64,000 bases of DNA from positions 27,674 through 91,673 of the forward strand of contig CAZMFM010000002.1 in the NCBI GenBank assembly GCA_964565565.1. Direction: 5' to 3'. The notes below the pieces were generated by a model. It ran no database searches and was not told where the DNA came from. It saw only the letters and a list, made by a program, of their open reading frames with translations. Made by a program: the position numbers and the translations under genes. Shown here piece by piece: positions 62,417 to 64,000 of the stretch; position 1 is the first letter of the stretch; each line of letters begins with the position of its first letter. The DNA comes from an uncultured Spirochaetaceae bacterium (GTDB taxonomy: Bacteria; Myxococcota_A; UBA9160; UBA4427).

Positions 62417-64000
62417 ATGAATAGGGCGTCACCCCTGAAATTCCTCCTTCCCCTTCTTTTCGTCGTGCTCGGAACGTCCTCGCCCCTATTTCTCTCATCG
62501 CCTGCTACTGCGCAAGAGGGCTCTGGGCAAGGAGAAGACCTCTGGAGCGGTATTGAGGAGATGGTCGTGCTGAGCGCGGGTTCCCTGGGTGCCCAAGATT
62601 TTGCAGATGCCGACTCGGTGATTGCCTTCGACAATGATGATCTGGCTGCAATCGGCGCCCAAGATATTTCCGATCTCGCCGATTTTACCCCCAACCTGGA
62701 GATCGTAACGTCCGGTTCGACCACGCCGACCTTTTTTATTCGAGGCGTCGGACTAAACGACTTCAATTCGAATTCGACCGGAGCGGTCGCCATCTACCAG
62801 GACGGCGTCGCGATCAATGCCCCAGCCATGCAGCTCGGAACGCTCTTCGACATCGAGAATGTCAATGTCTTGCGGGGACCACAGGGAGTAGGGCTGAACC
62901 GGAACGCGTCGGCTGGCTCTATCAAGATCTATTCCAAGAAACCGTCTGGCGAAACCGGTGGTTTCCTGCGCGCGGACTTTGGCGACTATGACTACATGGA
63001 CTACGAAGGTGCCGTCGAGTCGCCCATTCTCGGCGACGTCGTCGCGGGGCGCGTTGCTTTTCGCTTTTCGAAACGCGACGGCTTCATGAAGAATCGCTGT
63101 GCGGGCGCGCCGGCGTTTGCAGACCGGACGCCCTATCCGGGAGGAGCGGCATTTCGTGGCGATGCGCCTTGGTCGATCTGCGGGGAGCAGGAAGTCTTCC
63201 TGGGATCAGCGATTTCCGACATACCCGTGGGCCTGGAAAAATTTGTCAACGATCTTAACAACTGGGCAGCGCGCGCAACCTTCACAATCGAGCCCGATCT
63301 CGGCCCAATCGAATCGTCCTGGGTACTCAACTTTCATGGCGGCCGACGAGACGAATTCTCCCAGCTGGGCCAGTCTTATGGGACGGGTGGTGGTTTCTGC
63401 CGGGATGGCGACATCTGCCAAGCCCCATTTTTTGGTACGCCAATCGACGAGCGAGGGACCATCAGTTCCGGAGTCCTCGGTGGGCCTCAAGGCCGTACAG
63501 GGGGCGACTATCAGCCACGGGAAGTGCTTCAGCGACTGGCTGAACTGGCGCCGTGTACGGCAGAAATCAACCCCGTCAATGGTCGACGTGGCACCTGCCG
63601 GTCGGTTCAGCCCGGTGAGACGCCGGCCGATGTACTCGCCGACCGCTCGGCCGAAAATCGCGCCAAGATCCAGGTCGCTCGAGAGCTCGCACGCGATCTC
63701 GACGATCGTCCGTGGGAAGGCGACTTCAATCGTACGGGCAAGACGACTAACACGGTTCTAGGAGGCTTTCTCAAGGGAGACATCGAGCTCCCCGCCGAGA
63801 TCTCGATGACGATGACGACGGGGTTCGATACCTACGATCGGCAGATCGACTCTGATGTCGACTTCTCGCCAGAGACGCTCTTCCACATCGTTACGACGGA
63901 TGACGGCTGGCAGCTCTACCAGGATGTCGAGTTCAATGGGGAAGTCGATGCCTTCGACAATCCCATCCGGTGGGAGCTCGGCGGTTGGTTCCACCGTGAG
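62417..64000 (+). CDS. TonB-dependent receptor (5' part; continues beyond the window)
   Basis: Absent from the ORF track because no stop lies inside the window. The ATG at 62417 gives a signal peptide MNRASPLKFLLPLLFVVLGTSSPLFLSSPATAQE. Plug-domain motifs ..NLEIVTSGSTTPTFFIRGVGLNDFNSN..VAIYQDGV..DIENVNVLRGPQG.. The frame stays open for 528 codons to the window edge. Confidence 0.85.
   Translation, partial: MNRASPLKFLLPLLFVVLGTSSPLFLSSPATAQEGSGQGEDLWSGIEEMVVLSAGSLGAQDFADADSVIAFDNDDLAAIGAQDISDLADFTPNLEIVTSGSTTPTFFIRGVGLNDFNSNSTGAVAIYQDGVAINAPAMQLGTLFDIENVNVLRGPQGVGLNRNASAGSIKIYSKKPSGETGGFLRADFGDYDYMDYEGAVESPILGDVVAGRVAFRFSKRDGFMKNRCAGAPAFADRTPYPGGAAFRGDAPWSICGEQEVFLGSAISDIPVGLEKFVNDLNNWAARATFTIEPDLGPIESSWVLNFHGGRRDEFSQLGQSYGTGGGFCRDGDICQAPFFGTPIDERGTISSGVLGGPQGRTGGDYQPREVLQRLAELAPCTAEINPVNGRRGTCRSVQPGETPADVLADRSAENRAKIQVARELARDLDDRPWEGDFNRTGKTTNTVLGGFLKGDIELPAEISMTMTTGFDTYDRQIDSDVDFSPETLFHIVTTDDGWQLYQDVEFNGEVDAFDNPIRWELGGWFHRE

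Noticed and set aside
62401-62793. 130-aa minus-strand ORF
   Set aside because: It is antisense to the 5' end of the TonB-dependent receptor gene (62417..>64000). That gene is missing from the track only because it has no stop in the window.
1-64000. Search for CRISPR arrays, tRNA/rRNA genes, transposases, integrases, phage genes, toxin-antitoxin pairs or known defence systems
   Set aside because: None was recognised by eye. There are no regularly spaced direct repeats and no tRNA-like T-loop/acceptor contexts outside coding regions. There are no DDE, tyrosine or serine recombinase motifs. The only repeats found are the regulator/leader duplication and short palindromes, reported above.

Overview
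GC-rich chromosomal segment from a diderm (Gram-negative-type) bacterium. It holds roughly 55 protein-coding genes. I recognised no rRNA, tRNA, CRISPR array, transposase, integrase or phage gene. The content is accessory and envelope-heavy. (i) 0-20 kb: small-molecule enzymes (a Tat-exported flavin amine oxidase, an SDR-like gene with both halohydrin-dehalogenase fingerprint motifs, an amidohydrolase, a kinase-like phosphotransferase, an amidase), a MacAB-type ABC efflux operon, two secreted peptidases (S9, M14) and regulators. (ii) 20-34 kb and 44-49 kb: large secreted repeat proteins. Four genes end in PEP-CTERM sorting signals, and there is also one orphan PEP-CTERM tail and one VPAL/IPTL-like tail. 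These are interleaved with two intact and two decayed copies of a LuxR-HTH/TolB-like/TPR regulator and a conserved quasi-palindromic box. (iii) 38-43 kb: a phoD-betA-BCCT module. (iv) 53-56 kb: a translationally coupled four-gene envelope cluster (DUF2092/LolA-like lipoprotein, Arg/Gly-rich secreted protein, two membrane proteins with HTTM/gamma-carboxylase-like motifs). (v) 56-59.6 kb: mtoX (SBP56 methanethiol oxidase) plus a fused SCO1/SenC-MauG gene. (vi) 59.8-64 kb: an exosortase-EpsI fusion gene co-transcribed with a predicted beta-barrel protein, then a partial TonB-dependent receptor. The observations most worth follow-up are: the tandemly duplicated regulator/leader/cargo modules with a shared operator-like box; a 1053-codon FG-GAP/PEP-CTERM reading frame broken by a single in-frame TAG; a betA whose essential FAD-binding N-terminus has no canonical start codon (SD + ATC instead); the putative halohydrin dehalogenase; and the four-gene envelope cluster. 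Many long ORFs in the six-frame track are opposite-strand or alternate-frame shadows typical of GC-rich DNA and are not called.
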